Shown in pieces: positions 9,985 through 18,387 of a stretch of 42,466 bases of DNA. Source of the stretch: Candidatus Hodarchaeota archaeon (GTDB taxonomy: Archaea; Asgardarchaeota; Heimdallarchaeia; Hodarchaeales; Hodarchaeaceae); the NCBI GenBank assembly GCA_016839815.1, contig JAEOTM010000146.1, forward strand, positions 1 through 42,466, read 5' to 3'. Every line of letters begins with the position of its first letter. Positions within the stretch are counted from its first letter, which is position 1. Under the pieces are notes generated by a model. It was given only the letters and a program-made list of their open reading frames with translations, did no database searches and was not told the DNA's origin. A program made the translations under genes and the position numbers.

Positions 9985-10797
9985 CTAGGTATCAAATCCT
10001 CCCCATTTATCTTTCTTCCACTTCGGTGACCGTTTTTCCAAAAATGCTTTTAGACCTTCTTTACCTTCTGGTGAAGTTCTAACTTCTGCGATCTTGTTTA
10101 TTAAATATGAACGAACTTCTTCAAAGCTGGTTGTCCGGTTTTTTTCCAGCATTTCCTTAATTTGGGCCATGGCTATCGGCCCACTTGTAAGAAGATGGTT
10201 TACAACAGTAGTAACTTTCTGATTCAACTCTTCAGTGTCTGTTGCTGTTTCGTGAATTAAACCAATCCTCAATGCAGTTTTAACATCTATACGTTCTCCA
10301 GTCAAAAAATATCTCGTTGCTTGAGAGTATCCGATTTTTGGTATCACATAGGGACTGATCACTGCAGGCATAATTCCTAGGTTTACTTCAGAAAATGCAA
10401 AAATGGCCGATTCTACTGCAATTGCAACATCACAGAGTGTTACAAGACCAACTCCTCCACCGAAGGCCGCTCCGTTTATTCTCCCGACAATAGGCTTAGA
10501 TGTAGTATAGATTGTATTGAAAAGTTTTTCTAACTTTACTGCATCTTGCTGATTCTCATCTAGTGTGAAATCTTTACTTGCTTCCATATAAAGTAGGTCA
10601 GCACCCGCGGAAAAGGATTTTCCATCTCCTGTTAATACTATTACACGAATTTCAGGATTTCTACTTTGTGCAGTAAATTCGTTCGTCAGTTCAGAGATCA
10701 TTTGAGGATTAAAGGCATTATGAACCTGTGCACGATTCAAAGTTATTATACAAACGTCATCAACCTGTTCTGAAGTAATTGTTTCATACTTTGTCAT
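9985..10797 (-). CDS. Crotonase-family enzyme, probable methylglutaconyl-CoA hydratase (LiuC-like)
   Basis: LNR...HNAF, FSAGADL, AFGGGVGL, FSEVNLG..PAVISPYV, EGKEGL.AFLEKR.P.W; directly downstream of the MCC beta gene. ATG 10797 preferred over the track's 10821. Confidence 0.85.
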   Translation of the reverse strand: MTKYETITSEQVDDVCIITLNRAQVHNAFNPQMISELTNEFTAQSRNPEIRVIVLTGDGKSFSAGADLLYMEASKDFTLDENQQDAVKLEKLFNTIYTTSKPIVGRINGAAFGGGVGLVTLCDVAIAVESAIFAFSEVNLGIMPAVISPYVIPKIGYSQATRYFLTGERIDVKTALRIGLIHETATDTEELNQKVTTVVNHLLTSGPIAMAQIKEMLEKNRTTSFEEVRSYLINKIAEVRTSPEGKEGLKAFLEKRSPKWKKDKWGGFDT

Positions 10798-10820
10798 ATT
10801 AAACCTGTCCAAATAGCACA

Positions 10821-12425
10821 CTACATACGAAATACACCGTAATTTGTATCAGGAATTTTAGCATTCAAAGACGCTGCGATGCATAATGCTAGGATAATAC
10901 GTGTATCTGCAGGGTCTATTATTCCATCATCCCATAACCGTGCAGTACTATAATACGAGCTAGATTCTTTATTATACTTTGCCAGAATCGGTTTCATAAT
11001 TTCCTCCCGTTGTTCCGGAGATAATGTCTTTCCTTGGGTTGCGAGTTGTGTTTCTTTAACAGTAGCCAATACATTAGCGGCCTGTTCACCACCCATTACA
11101 GAAATTCGGGCATTGGGCCACATGAATAAGAATCGTGGAGAATACGCACGCCCGGCCATTCCATAATTTCCAGCTCCATACGAACCACCAATCACAACAG
11201 TAAATTTAGGTACTTGAGCATTACTTACAGCCATTACTAGTTTTGCACCATCTTTGGCAATTCCACCAGATTCTGCTTCACTTCCAACAATAAATCCTGT
11301 GATGTTTTGTAAGAAAATAAGGGGTAAATTTCGCTGTGTGCATAGATTAATGAAGTGAGCACCCTTTAATGCACTTTCGGAGAATAAAACACCGTTATTT
11401 GCAAGTATTCCAACTGGATATCCCATAATTCGTGCAAAACCACAGACCAAGGTAGAACCATATAGAGCTTTGAATTCATGAAATCGAGAGCCATCCACCA
11501 ATCGTGCAATGATTTCATGAACATCGTAAGCTTGTCGTGCATCTTTAGGTAAAATGCCATAAATTTCGTCAATTTCATATAAAGGTGGTTCTGGAGTCCG
11601 GAAATCAAGTGTGGTTTTTGGAGGTAAATTCAAATGCTCAATTATATTTCTGGTGATCCTTAGTGCATGTTCATCATTTGTCGCGTAATGATCCGCAACT
11701 CCTGATGTACGACAATGTACATCAGCTCCTCCTAAATCTTCAGCTGATACTTCTTCACCAGTAGCTGCTTTTACTAGTGGAGGTCCTCCTAGAAATATAG
11801 TTCCTGTTCCTTTTACAATTACTGTTTCATCTGACATTGCAGGAACATACGCACCACCAGCTGTACAGGATCCCATTACAACACTTATTTGAGGTATTGC
11901 TTTTGATGACATTTGAGCTTGATTATAGAAAATTCTTCCAAAGTGTTCTTTATCAGGAAAGACTTCTGCTTGAAGAGGTAAAAACGCTCCACCTGAATCT
12001 ACTAAGTATACACAGGGGAGATTATTTTGTTCTGCAATCTCCTGAGCTCGGAGATGCTTTTTAACTGTCATCGGAAAGTAGGTTCCTCCTTTAATTGTTG
12101 CATCATTAGCGATAAACATGATTTCTCTTCCTGCAACTAAGCCAATGCCAGTTACAATTCCTGCATATGGTGCAGAATTATCATATAAGTTGTAGGCAGC
12201 TAATGGGCTTAATTCCATAAATGGGGTATCGGGATCAAGAACCGTTTTTATTCGCTGACGCGCGGGAATTTTTCCCCTTTCAAGATGCTTTTCCATCGCC
12301 TTAGGGTTACCTGATCTCACTGATTCAAGAATCTCTCGATAATCTTCCAGGATTTTTTGAAAATGCTTGTAATTGTCTTGAAAATCTGACGATCTCACAT
12401 CTACTTTCGATTTAATTATAGCCAT
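10821..12425 (-). CDS. mccB: 3-methylcrotonyl-CoA carboxylase, carboxyltransferase (beta) subunit
   Basis: [67 protein letters not shown]-terminal GVFRM. Confidence 0.93.
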   Translation of the reverse strand: MAIIKSKVDVRSSDFQDNYKHFQKILEDYREILESVRSGNPKAMEKHLERGKIPARQRIKTVLDPDTPFMELSPLAAYNLYDNSAPYAGIVTGIGLVAGREIMFIANDATIKGGTYFPMTVKKHLRAQEIAEQNNLPCVYLVDSGGAFLPLQAEVFPDKEHFGRIFYNQAQMSSKAIPQISVVMGSCTAGGAYVPAMSDETVIVKGTGTIFLGGPPLVKAATGEEVSAEDLGGADVHCRTSGVADHYATNDEHALRITRNIIEHLNLPPKTTLDFRTPEPPLYEIDEIYGILPKDARQAYDVHEIIARLVDGSRFHEFKALYGSTLVCGFARIMGYPVGILANNGVLFSESALKGAHFINLCTQRNLPLIFLQNITGFIVGSEAESGGIAKDGAKLVMAVSNAQVPKFTVVIGGSYGAGNYGMAGRAYSPRFLFMWPNARISVMGGEQAANVLATVKETQLATQGKTLSPEQREEIMKPILAKYNKESSSYYSTARLWDDGIIDPADTRIILALCIAASLNAKIPDTNYGVFRM

Positions 12426-12535
12426 CAATTATACCTCGAAAAATACAGCTCTAAGGAGGATAAATGTTCTAAAATTTTTACTTAAAGTATTTCGTGGAAG
12501 TAAGTCCCCCCTTTTTCCCTTATAGTCTGAAAGTG

Positions 12536-13069
12536 TTAATCCTCTTCAGATGGTTCAGACTGTTGAATTTCCATTAATGGTACATTTGCTTCAATCTGAT
12601 CCCCTTCCGAGTAAAAAATCTCAGTAACTGTCCCCTCAAATGGAGAAACTACCTTATTTTCCATTTTCATTGCCTCTACTACCAATAAATCCTCGCTCTT
12701 TTGCACTTTGTCCCCTATTTTTACAAGAAGCTTCACGATTCTTCCTGGCATTGGACTGGATAAACTTCCTTCATCAATGGTCTCTTCAAAATCTTCCTCC
12801 TCTTGTTCAGTAACTCGTCGAAGCTCATAATCCGCTCCATCTAAATGAATAAATCTTAAATCTCCATCCTTTGCTACTGAACACTTGTAGATAATATTAT
12901 CCAGCGTAAATTGAAACTGACCTGATCCAAGGACTTTTGCAGTCACTGTAATCTCTTTCTCATTATCCTCATGATCTTTAATGATGACAGAATATCCATT
13001 ATTATCATCACGCCGAAGACGGACTTCAAACCTATTTTTCCCATCATCAAAATTGAAAACTTCACTCAT
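12536..13069 (-). CDS. Biotin carboxyl carrier protein with N-terminal BT-barrel-like domain (C-terminal part of a split MCC alpha)
   Basis: SPMPG..., VEAMKMEN biotinylation motif; beta-rich N-terminal ~85 aa, then an acidic linker. Confidence 0.9.
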   Translation of the reverse strand: MSEVFNFDDGKNRFEVRLRRDDNNGYSVIIKDHEDNEKEITVTAKVLGSGQFQFTLDNIIYKCSVAKDGDLRFIHLDGADYELRRVTEQEEEDFEETIDEGSLSSPMPGRIVKLLVKIGDKVQKSEDLLVVEAMKMENKVVSPFEGTVTEIFYSEGDQIEANVPLMEIQQSEPSEED

Positions 13070-13088
13070 AAGGAGTCACTATACAGGC

Positions 13089-14789
13089 TTAAAATTTACG
13101 ACTCTTCTTCTTATTATGTTCCCATGCACCAATTTTTTTCCATGGGGAATGAGGATCTAAATCTCTTATGAAAGAGGATTTTAAATCATCACTTTTGACT
13201 GGTATGATCTTTTTAATAGCTGCTTTTCCCTTTCCTAACGTACCTGAAACACGATCAGTGATAACATCAAGACTTTCTCGGCCCCAAGTTCCAATTTTCT
13301 GCCAGGGAGAATGAGGATCAATTCCATTCAATACAGATACTGTTTCACCATTTGTATTACCCCCCATAAATGGTTCCATCACTTCAAAGAGTGCAGCAGC
13401 TAATAATACTTGAAATGGAGTTTCTTTCTTGCCATTTTTCCACTTGTTAAAGTGTTCTTCCACAAAATCAGTATGAGTATATCCAGAGATAAAATCTGGA
13501 TGAGTTAGAACTTCTCGTAGAAATGGAATGTTGGTGGGTATCCCAAGGGCTGCATAATTTCTTAGTGCCCAGGTCATTTTTTGAATGGCGTCCTCTCGAG
13601 TTTCAGCATGAACTATCAGCTTAGCTATCATAGGATCATAAAAAGTAGAGATTTCTCCGCCAGTTGTAGATATTCCTAAGTCATTTCGAATATTAACACC
13701 GACAGGTACTTGAACTGTCCTTATTTTACCAGAGGTAGGAAGAAATTGCTTTTCGGGATTCTCAGCATAAATCCGAAATTCAAGGGAGTGTCCACGACTG
13801 ACGATATCTTTTTGTTCTATTTGTAATTCTTGTCCAGCCGCTATTTTTAACTGCCATCGGACGAGGTCTATCCCTGTTACTGCTTCTGTTATTGCATGTT
13901 CAACTTGCAGCCGTGCGTTGATTTCTAGAAAATAGAATATATTATCTTTCTCGTCAAGTACGAACTCAACTGATCCTGCATTTGTATAATTCACCGCCTT
14001 AGCGGCTGCAATGGCTACATCTCCCATCTCTTTTCTTAAAGCCTCATCGAGAGCTGTAGACGGAGTTTCTTCTATGATCTTTTGATGCCTACGTTGAATA
14101 GAACATTCTCTTTCATTTAAATGGAGAATATTTCCAAAATGATCTCCAAGAATTTGAAACTCGATATGGCGAATATGCGTAAAGTATTTTTCTAGAAAAA
14201 CATCCCCGTTTCCAAACGCATTTTTCGCCTCACGACGTGCACTTTCATAAGCGGCTGAGAATTCATGTTCAGAATTTACAATCCGCATTCCACGTCCACC
14301 CCCACCAGCTGTGGCTTTTATAAGCAGAGGGTACCCAATTTCTTTAGCTTTCTGTTTTAAGAATTTTTTATTTGTAGATCCGCCATGATAACCGGGAATA
14401 ACAGGAATATTCGCTGCTTTCATGGTCTTTTTTGCCTGTATCTTGTCACCTACCGCATGAATCGCTTTGGGACTAGGACCAATCCAAATTAATCCCGCCT
14501 CTTGGACACGTTTAGCAAATTCGGCATTTTCCGACAGGAAGCCATACCCAGGATGAATAGCTTCAGATTTACTTTCCAACGCAATATCAATTATTTTATC
14601 CATATTTAGATAACTTTCAGATGGAACAGGGTTTCCTAACGGATACGAATAATCAGCGGTATGAACATGTACAGATTCTTCATCTACGTCAGAATAAATT
14701 GCAACTGTTTCAATCCCCATCTCTTGTGCACTTGCCATTATACGACTCGCGATCTCTCCACGATTCGCGATAAGAATTCGATTAAACAT
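13089..14789 (-). CDS. Biotin carboxylase (N-terminal part of a split MCC alpha subunit)
   Basis: ILIANRGEIA, HPGYGFLSEN, KA.AGGGGRGMR, ERECSIQRRHQK, FLEINARLQVEH, YDPMIAKL; no biotinyl domain. ATG 14789 preferred. Confidence 0.93.
   Translation of the reverse strand: MFNRILIANRGEIASRIMASAQEMGIETVAIYSDVDEESVHVHTADYSYPLGNPVPSESYLNMDKIIDIALESKSEAIHPGYGFLSENAEFAKRVQEAGLIWIGPSPKAIHAVGDKIQAKKTMKAANIPVIPGYHGGSTNKKFLKQKAKEIGYPLLIKATAGGGGRGMRIVNSEHEFSAAYESARREAKNAFGNGDVFLEKYFTHIRHIEFQILGDHFGNILHLNERECSIQRRHQKIIEETPSTALDEALRKEMGDVAIAAAKAVNYTNAGSVEFVLDEKDNIFYFLEINARLQVEHAITEAVTGIDLVRWQLKIAAGQELQIEQKDIVSRGHSLEFRIYAENPEKQFLPTSGKIRTVQVPVGVNIRNDLGISTTGGEISTFYDPMIAKLIVHAETREDAIQKMTWALRNYAALGIPTNIPFLREVLTHPDFISGYTHTDFVEEHFNKWKNGKKETPFQVLLAAALFEVMEPFMGGNTNGETVSVLNGIDPHSPWQKIGTWGRESLDVITDRVSGTLGKGKAAIKKIIPVKSDDLKSSFIRDLDPHSPWKKIGAWEHNKKKSRKF
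13122..13319 (-). repeat. Two 36-bp imperfect direct repeats encoding DPHSPW(Q/K)KIG(T/A)W, 162 bp apart
   Basis: Copies at 13284-13319 and 13122-13157; 29/36 nt and 10/12 aa identical by manual alignment. Confidence 0.9.
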
Positions 14790-14996
14790 ACAAATCACTT
14801 ATTCATTGCATAGAAGCAAAGAATGAAAGGACTTCTTGACAGTATTAACTTATAATATTCCTTCTTAACCAGAGGAATAAATCGCTTCTAGCCATATACA
14901 CCAGTATATCCTAGTAATTATTCTGTTTCTACCATCCTTTAAAAAGACTGAGATGTAATTTAAGTGTTTGTCAGCCCGATGTTCTGGGAACTAAAA

Positions 14997-15023
14997 TTAT
15001 AAAAGGAGAGAGATATCTGAGGT
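14997..15023 (+). promoter_or_regulatory. Candidate archaeal TATA box (TTATAAAA, 14997-15004) and RBS (GAGGT, 15019-15023) for the NfeD-flotillin genes
   Basis: A-rich run then TTATAAAA ~30 nt upstream of ATG 15035, within a divergent intergenic region. Confidence 0.45.
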
Positions 15024-15034
15024 AATCGAGTATC

Positions 15035-15796
15035 ATGACTGAAATCGATGTCCCCTTACTTCTCCTCATCTTAAAACAGATCTGCTTTGGAAGTTTGATT
15101 TCAGGATTATTGATCTTCTTTTTAACTTTGATTCTCCAAGGAGGTCATCTTTTTGACCATGATACTGATATAGATCATGATTTTGACCATGATTTCGATC
15201 ATAGTGTAGGATTTGACCATGATATCGGGGATGTTGATTTTGACGCTGATGTAGATTTAGATTCCGACATAACAATTGGTGCAGATAAAGATATTCACAT
15301 AGGTATGGATAAAGACATATCTTTACATGATCAGGACGTAGGGGCTGATACCCCCGCTCCTTTAATGCTACTACTAGGTACTTTTATGATTTCATTTGGA
15401 GGAACAGGGGTTATTCTGATTGATGATACAATAAATCTTTTTCTTCTGCTAGCTGTATTAGTTATGATTCCTCTTGGAACTACTTATCTTATTTCCAAGG
15501 TATGGGCAAAGGTTGCTGTCTCAGAAACTTATGAAACCCCATTAGAAACTATAAAAGTTGATGATGAAGTAAAAACTTTGACAACAGTAGATACCGAAGG
15601 TGGTTTGGTTCTTATCCAAACTAGTTCAATTCATGGACCTGTTAAAATGTCAGCAAAAACAGAATCAGGAGCTATTGCTAAAGGTATGGTTGCTTACGTT
15701 GTTAAAGTTGAAAAAAATTCACTGATAATTGATGAATGGCCTTCAACAGAAAAATCGAAAAAAGAAACTCCCGAGGGATCGATTACTTGGGATTAA
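15035..15796 (+). CDS. NfeD/YqiJ-like membrane protein with Asp/His-rich loop and C-terminal OB-like domain
   Basis: TM, then DHD-rich segment, two TMs, and a beta-rich C-terminus (G.V...A.....I.KG..A.VV.V); directly upstream of an SPFH gene. Confidence 0.8.
   Translation: MTEIDVPLLLLILKQICFGSLISGLLIFFLTLILQGGHLFDHDTDIDHDFDHDFDHSVGFDHDIGDVDFDADVDLDSDITIGADKDIHIGMDKDISLHDQDVGADTPAPLMLLLGTFMISFGGTGVILIDDTINLFLLLAVLVMIPLGTTYLISKVWAKVAVSETYETPLETIKVDDEVKTLTTVDTEGGLVLIQTSSIHGPVKMSAKTESGAIAKGMVAYVVKVEKNSLIIDEWPSTEKSKKETPEGSITWD
15152..15223 (+). repeat. TTTGACCATGAT (FDHD) x3 at exact 30-bp period, within the coding sequence
   Basis: Copies begin at 15152, 15182 and 15212. Confidence 0.9.
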
Positions 15797-15834
15797 AATT
15801 AATGAAAATGTATGAATTGGGTGAAAAAACAAAA

Positions 15835-17088
15835 ATGGAAAAAATATTCTTCTTACAAGAAAGCACAGGAAACGCGTTATTAGATAATCTCTGGTTAGTA
15901 ATTGTCTTAATGTTCATTATCTTCTTTTTATTTATAATAATTTTAGTATCTCGCTATCGAAAATACAAAACAAATGAGTATGTGATTCATTTTCGTCGTG
16001 GAAAGATTAGGAGAGCGGGTACAGGTGGAACGGTCGTTTTATGGCCGGTATTTGATGAAGTAATTGTTATACCCACCACTGTCCAACAGACTTTGCTAGA
16101 GGCAAGAGAAAAAGTAGTGAGTTATGAATACCAAGATGTAGCATTAACAGCGTTTGTTTATTGGCGGGTTACTAATCCGGAAGTATCCTATTCAAAAGTG
16201 AGTTGGAATCCCGCTCGTTCAGATTACGTTGAGAAAGCAATTAAAAATGCCACCGAAGCAATCATTCGTACAACCTGTGCAAATATGAAAATCGAACAGA
16301 TAATTCGTAATCGAGTTGAAATCATAAAGAATGTTACTAGTGAACTACATCATCTTGCAGGAGATTGGGGAATAACAGTTGAATCAGTAGAAATTCGAGA
16401 TGTGGAAGTTCTAGATCAACGCTTAAAAGAAAATCTTGAGGCGGTAAAAAAGATCGAAGAAGCTCAAACAGCACAGTTAAGACAAGCAGAATTGGAAGAA
16501 AGCGTTCAGTTAAGAAATCTTGATGTACGGCAACGTACAGGTGAACAGGATCAAGCGGTGAAGCTCATAATCGAGAGGAAAGCCAAAGAACGTGAGATTC
16601 AGATTGTGCAACTTGAGCAGCAGAGAGCCATAATTGCAGCTGAAACTGAACGGAAACAAAAGCAGATTGAATCGGAAGCGGAAAAATATCTGCGAGTTAC
16701 TCAGGAGGTAGGAGTAGAGGTAGAACGTATTCGTCAAGAAGCTCAAGCTCACAAAGATCAACTTTTAGCTGAAGCTGAAGGTGAATCAGCAAAAATTAGT
16801 CAAACACAGATTGCATATGCACAAGGTATCTTGGAACAGGCAAAAGCATTGAGTCAAGCTGATGAAAAGTATATTCAGATGAAAGCAATCGAAATGCTAC
16901 CTGATATTTTCAAAAACATTGCTGTAGATAAGATGATATTACTTGGGGAAGGACAGGATGCATATAAATCTATAGCACAGATGGTTATCCCATTTCTTGA
17001 GGTAGCGAAAGAAATAGGTTTTCCTAATGGCGAGAAAAAAACAGAGTCTTCTGATAAGAAACAGATCCGAAAACGGTCAACTAGTTAA
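15835..17088 (+). CDS. Flotillin-like SPFH (band 7) protein
   Basis: N-terminal TM, SPFH domain (GG..LWPVF, WG..VESVEIRDV), long Q/E/A coiled coil with AEAEGE motifs. GGTGA RBS favours ATG 15835 over the track's 15736. Confidence 0.9.
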   Translation: MEKIFFLQESTGNALLDNLWLVIVLMFIIFFLFIIILVSRYRKYKTNEYVIHFRRGKIRRAGTGGTVVLWPVFDEVIVIPTTVQQTLLEAREKVVSYEYQDVALTAFVYWRVTNPEVSYSKVSWNPARSDYVEKAIKNATEAIIRTTCANMKIEQIIRNRVEIIKNVTSELHHLAGDWGITVESVEIRDVEVLDQRLKENLEAVKKIEEAQTAQLRQAELEESVQLRNLDVRQRTGEQDQAVKLIIERKAKEREIQIVQLEQQRAIIAAETERKQKQIESEAEKYLRVTQEVGVEVERIRQEAQAHKDQLLAEAEGESAKISQTQIAYAQGILEQAKALSQADEKYIQMKAIEMLPDIFKNIAVDKMILLGEGQDAYKSIAQMVIPFLEVAKEIGFPNGEKKTESSDKKQIRKRSTS

Positions 17089-17133
17089 TTATCAATAAGG
17101 AATTGTCCTTTCCAGGACATATCTCTTTTCTTT

Positions 17134-18156
17134 TTAAATATCCCCAAACAGCATATTCCGTGAGATACGAACAGACTCTTTACGCTCTCTCATCCGTGAA
17201 AATCCTCCTTCAACCCAGTTTTTTGCTTCTTGATCTCGTCCCAATTTTCGGTAGATTGATCCGATTGTTAAATATAACACTGAATCATCTTTCAATTGAT
17301 TTGCTCTAATATAAAATTCAACAGCTTTCTCATATTCCAGTGCTTGTTGAGATTTTATTGCTTTCCAATAGAATAGATTCCCTATCCGCACAAGTACCGA
17401 AACTTCCACAATTTCCTTCACAGTATCCTTGTCTTCCCCATCTAATCGAGCAAGTATTTTTTCATATCGCGATATTTGAGGAATGATTTTTACAAAATCC
17501 TCTGGTTTGATTGTGGGTCGCATATAAAATGCACCTTCCAAGATTGGAGTGTCCGTAAAAACCATTGATTCATCTAATAATGCTGTTAAGGAGGCTTGGA
17601 TCTGTGTTACATCACGAATAATGCTTGATAGAATTTGATGACGCTCATGGTCTATCTGAATTCGTTCCAAATCTGAAGTTGACTGTTTTATTGCAGCAGG
17701 GGTGCTTTGACCTTCCGCAGATGAAATCGTACTTTCTATATTCCTATAGATTGATTTTATTAAATCTAGAGTTAAATCATCCTGAGAGTGGATCGCATTA
17801 ATATCTCGTGTTAGAATTCTTTCGATCAAGTTATAATTCGCTAAAACCCTACTTTTTGAGTCACGTAAGAACAATAAGAATAATGTACAATAACGGCCGT
17901 ATTCTTGGATTCTAGGATCAGATGAGTTTGAAGATTTTACTGTAAAGGGATAAGCAATTGCTAATTCCTTTCGACTAGGAACAGGAAAAGAACCATGAAG
18001 CTGATTCAACTGATCTTGACTTTCTCCTAGTCCGAGGGCTGTCATCAGACTGATACTAAGTTTCATGGAGCTTGTGTCATCTAATTTTGAGAGGTTAATC
18101 TCTGTGATCGGCCCCGTATCAGCCATTACGGATAAAAGCACACCTTCAAATAACAT
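17134..18156 (-). CDS. Putative uDENN/longin-like domain + coiled coil + C-terminal TPR pair
   Basis: N-terminal hydrophobic strand-GP motif (VLLSVMADTGP) and D.R....R.hhh motif; C-terminal IGNLFY..YEKAVEFY..A / LYLTIGSIYRKLG...EA TPR-like helices. Confidence 0.55.
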   Translation of the reverse strand: MLFEGVLLSVMADTGPITEINLSKLDDTSSMKLSISLMTALGLGESQDQLNQLHGSFPVPSRKELAIAYPFTVKSSNSSDPRIQEYGRYCTLFLLFLRDSKSRVLANYNLIERILTRDINAIHSQDDLTLDLIKSIYRNIESTISSAEGQSTPAAIKQSTSDLERIQIDHERHQILSSIIRDVTQIQASLTALLDESMVFTDTPILEGAFYMRPTIKPEDFVKIIPQISRYEKILARLDGEDKDTVKEIVEVSVLVRIGNLFYWKAIKSQQALEYEKAVEFYIRANQLKDDSVLYLTIGSIYRKLGRDQEAKNWVEGGFSRMRERKESVRISRNMLFGDI

Positions 18157-18387
18157 AGGAGAATCACTTGTTTAACTTGCTCTTACATTTATCAAGGGCT
18201 TTTTTATACTTCCATGGGAGGTTGGGAGAATTAAACTTCCTCATATCAGTTAAATTCTAGTTTCAATTTTCTATGATATATTTTATTTTCTTACCGATTT
18301 AAACCATTGTCTATTGAATTTTTATAAAGTTTGGTAAATCTGCGTTCAATCTAATTTATCTTAGATTCTTTCCCTATTACGTTCATT

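Noticed and set aside
13069-13089. Frameshifted or pseudogenised mccA
   Set aside because: Clean TAA, a 19-nt spacer and a new ATG; both parts keep intact motifs, which fits a genuine gene split.
15152-15223. Regularly spaced 12-bp repeats resembling a mini CRISPR array
   Set aside because: Repeats (12 bp) and spacers (18 bp) are too short, are in frame within a CDS (FDHD), and no cas genes are present.
18205-18250. Imperfect hairpin (GGAGGTT...AACTTCC) between the two minus-strand hypothetical genes
   Set aside because: Pairing depends on a G-U that becomes an A-C mismatch on the transcribed (minus) strand; too weak to call an RNA element.
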